Shown here one piece after another: positions 61,771-64,000 of a stretch of DNA of 64,000 nt. The notes beneath the pieces were generated by a model. The model ran no database searches, was not told where the DNA came from, and saw only the letters and a list, made by a program, of their open reading frames with translations. The stretch is from the NCBI RefSeq assembly GCF_006345805.1, contig NC_043018.1, forward strand, positions 5,828,001-5,892,000, in the 5' to 3' direction. The position numbers and the translations under genes are program-made. This DNA is from Octopus sinensis (taxonomy: Eukaryota). Within the stretch, counting starts at the first letter, position 1. Every line of letters starts with the position of its first letter.

Positions 61771-62035
61771 TATCTGTAAATGTAATATGTGACAATTACT
61801 CGGTAGCCAAGATAAAACTCTGAGTTTTGGATGCTAAGGTGCAAATCCACACCACCATCTCTTCAGTTATCCGGCCATCTGAAAAACGCTATGAAAGATA
61901 ATGGTCTTTCTTCATAGCATTTTTCAGATGGCCAGATAACTGAAGAGATGGTGGTGTGGATTTCCACCTCAGCATCCGAAACTCAGAGTTTTATCTTGGC
62001 TACTGAGTAATTGTCACATATTATTTTTACAGATA
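61771..62035. repeat. Near-perfect palindrome, ~130-bp arms, ~6-nt loop
   Basis: TATCTGTAAA...CTATGAAAGA-TAATGG-TCTTTCTTCATAG...TTTACAGATA. Confidence 0.92.
61932..61999 (+). ncRNA. Type-I hammerhead ribozyme motif; inverted G12A copy at ~61807-61873
   Basis: CCAGATAA-CTGAAGA-GATG..CATC C-GAAA-CTC A GAG-TT-TTATCTTGG. Confidence 0.7.
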
Positions 62036-62611
62036 TATATATATACATATATATATATATGTACACACACACACACACACACACATTTCTTAATGTTGAA
62101 ACATTAATTCCTGAACATTTTTTTTCATTTTCACTCTATTTTTTCCCCTCTAAATCCTTTCTGTTCAAGAGCATAGGTTTGAAATGTCAAAGACTTTTCC
62201 ATTCTTCCTTAATGTTTAACAAACAGACTTGCTTGTTGTTTCTTCACCTGTATTCGTCTTCTGTTTTCTGTAAATTTGAATTTTATATATATATATAAAT
62301 ATCATCGTCATCGTTTAAATGTCTGTAACTGGCCAAAACTGCAACGATGATCTGGAACTCGACTGACGAGAGAAAGCTCCGAATGACCCATCCATGTTTT
62401 TTCCTGTCCTTTTATGTATCGTGTGACTGTCTGAATATTTTGTTGTCGCCTGTTAGGTTCTTGTTCCATTTTTTTTTTTTGTGTGTGTGTCTGTCTGTGT
62501 GTGTATATATATATGTGTGTGTGTCAAAAGGAGGAATGAGACAATGAGGAGTAGCAGTTCGAATAGTGAAAATTTGTCATGGCTACTAAGATATCTGTGA
62601 TACCTGTGACG

Positions 62612-62846
62612 GTACTCGAGCTGGCAGAAACGTTAGCACGCTGGTCGAAATGCTTAGCGGTATTTCATCTGCCGTTACGTTGTGAGTTCAAATTTTGCCA
62701 AGGTCAACTTTGCCTTTCATCCTTTCGGGGTTGATAAATTAAGTACCAGTTATGCATTGGGGTCGATGTAATCGACTTAATACCTATGTCTGTCCTTGTT
62801 TGTCCCCTCTATGTTTAGCCCCTTGTGGGTAATAAAGAAATAGGTA
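62612..62846 (+). mobile_element. SINE family B monomer
   Basis: Head plus one body ending AAAGAAATAGGTA; further partial copies at ~15190-15425, 37095-37290, 37835-38090, 45100-45300, 48335-48530, 55540-55740 and 59690-60300. Confidence 0.8.
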
Positions 62847-63059
62847 CTTTTTAGTACTGGAGGCAAAAACACACACACACACACACAGAGGCCAGATCAA
62901 ATGTGGGGTCATGCACTGTTGCTGCATTCATCATTTGTTGCTATATTCTTGGGTCTTCCCTGTTGACCTGTCAAACAGTCTATCTCTGCTGTTGCTGTAC
63001 TTAACTCAATAGGTCTCCTCAAGCACAGCAGGTCGCCCTACGATCCAAGGTACTTTGAA

Positions 63060-63400
63060 TGGGCTGGGACTGGTTATGTCAAGCTGGTGTAGGATATGCC
63101 ATGGACTCACTTTATTTGTCAGGTCTTTGCAGTCACAGCATATGTCCAGAGGTCTTGGTCTTTCGTCATCGCCTCAGTGAGGCCCAACGTTCAAAGGTCA
63201 GGCTTGACCACCTCATCCCATGTCTTCCTGGGTCTACCTCTACCTCGGATTCCTTCAACTGTTTGTGAGTGGCACTTCATCACACATCTTTCCTCATCCA
63301 TCCATAGTATATGACCATACCAGCGCAAACGTCTCTCTTGCACGCCACATCCGATGCTTCTTATGTCCAACAGTTATCTCAGAACACTTCGTGTGTGATT
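63060..63400 (-). mobile_element. Diverged RTE LINE 3' coding remnant
   Basis: On - it reads [22 protein letters not shown]-like, homologous to the RTE copies. Confidence 0.7.
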
Positions 63401-64000
63401 ATTTAACAAGACTATCTTTTTCTAATATGTAGGGTAGTACAGAGGAGCCTGGCGTAGTGGTTAGGGTGCTAAACTCAAAGATTGCAAGATTGTGATTCTG
63501 CTTCCTGGAACAGGTAGTGAGTGGAGTTTTGAGGAAAATACTTCAATTCCCATTGCTCTACAATCACTTCAACAGCTAATGTAAGGCACATTTCTTCACC
63601 TGTACAGGTAATGTCGATTTGATGGAAGGAAAAAGCTAAGATATAACACAAACATTTGATCACTAGAAACAAATCATTCTGTGCATGTTGTTCAACAAAA
63701 AACGGCAGAACCCTCACCTGTCCTTTACAAAAGGAGAGTCTACCACAGGGGCTGAGAATCAAGATATTGGAACTGGTACAGAGGAAGATAAACAAGTTCT
63801 AAACACATTTGCACTAGACTAAGCACAAAAGGCATTGTTGATACAGTTAAGAAAGAGCACCTGATGACCCCTGTTTTGCAGTTAGATGTCAAGCAGTGAT
63901 GGGGAAGGGAAGTAATTCATGACTGAAGGCAAGAATCTAGATTCGCTTGTCCCAATAACTTCTATGGTTTGTGTCCTCGTAAGGTAAAGATATTTTTCCT

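Noticed and set aside
62355-62395. CTGACGA-GAG AAAG CTC-CGAAT as a hammerhead
   Set aside because: Lacks GAAA and any evident stem I or III pairing

Overview
AT-rich, microsatellite- and SINE-dense animal genomic DNA. The repeat families point to an octopod cephalopod (inference). The window holds a complete 11-exon HDAC8 gene on + (ATG 2614 to TAG 42999, 1263 nt CDS, 420 aa, all GT-AG introns in phase). Four internal exons of a convergent NELFA gene lie on - (61545 down to 54640); its 5' exons are beyond the window and its conserved C-terminal exons were not found, with a 100-N gap at 51788-51887. The introns are filled with transposons: three copies of an RTE-clade LINE, an RTEX-type LINE, a Dong/R4-type LINE, CR1 and RTE tails, mariner and maT fossils, hAT-type and fold-back MITEs, Helitron-like elements and several tRNA-headed SINE families. 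The most notable unexplained structures are (i) four different type-I hammerhead-ribozyme motifs with palindromic stem III in Penelope-like terminal fragments, including an inverted dimer whose host-sense copy has a G12A core change; (ii) a ~61-bp tandem array with higher-order A/B units in the RTE LINE 3' UTR; (iii) a PHD finger inserted within that LINE's RT; and (iv) inverted LINE copies bracketing HDAC8 exons 3-7, a 585-nt frame-preserving block. Most ORFs in the ORF track are microsatellite or antisense artefacts. Repeat boundaries are approximate; exon boundaries were read by hand.
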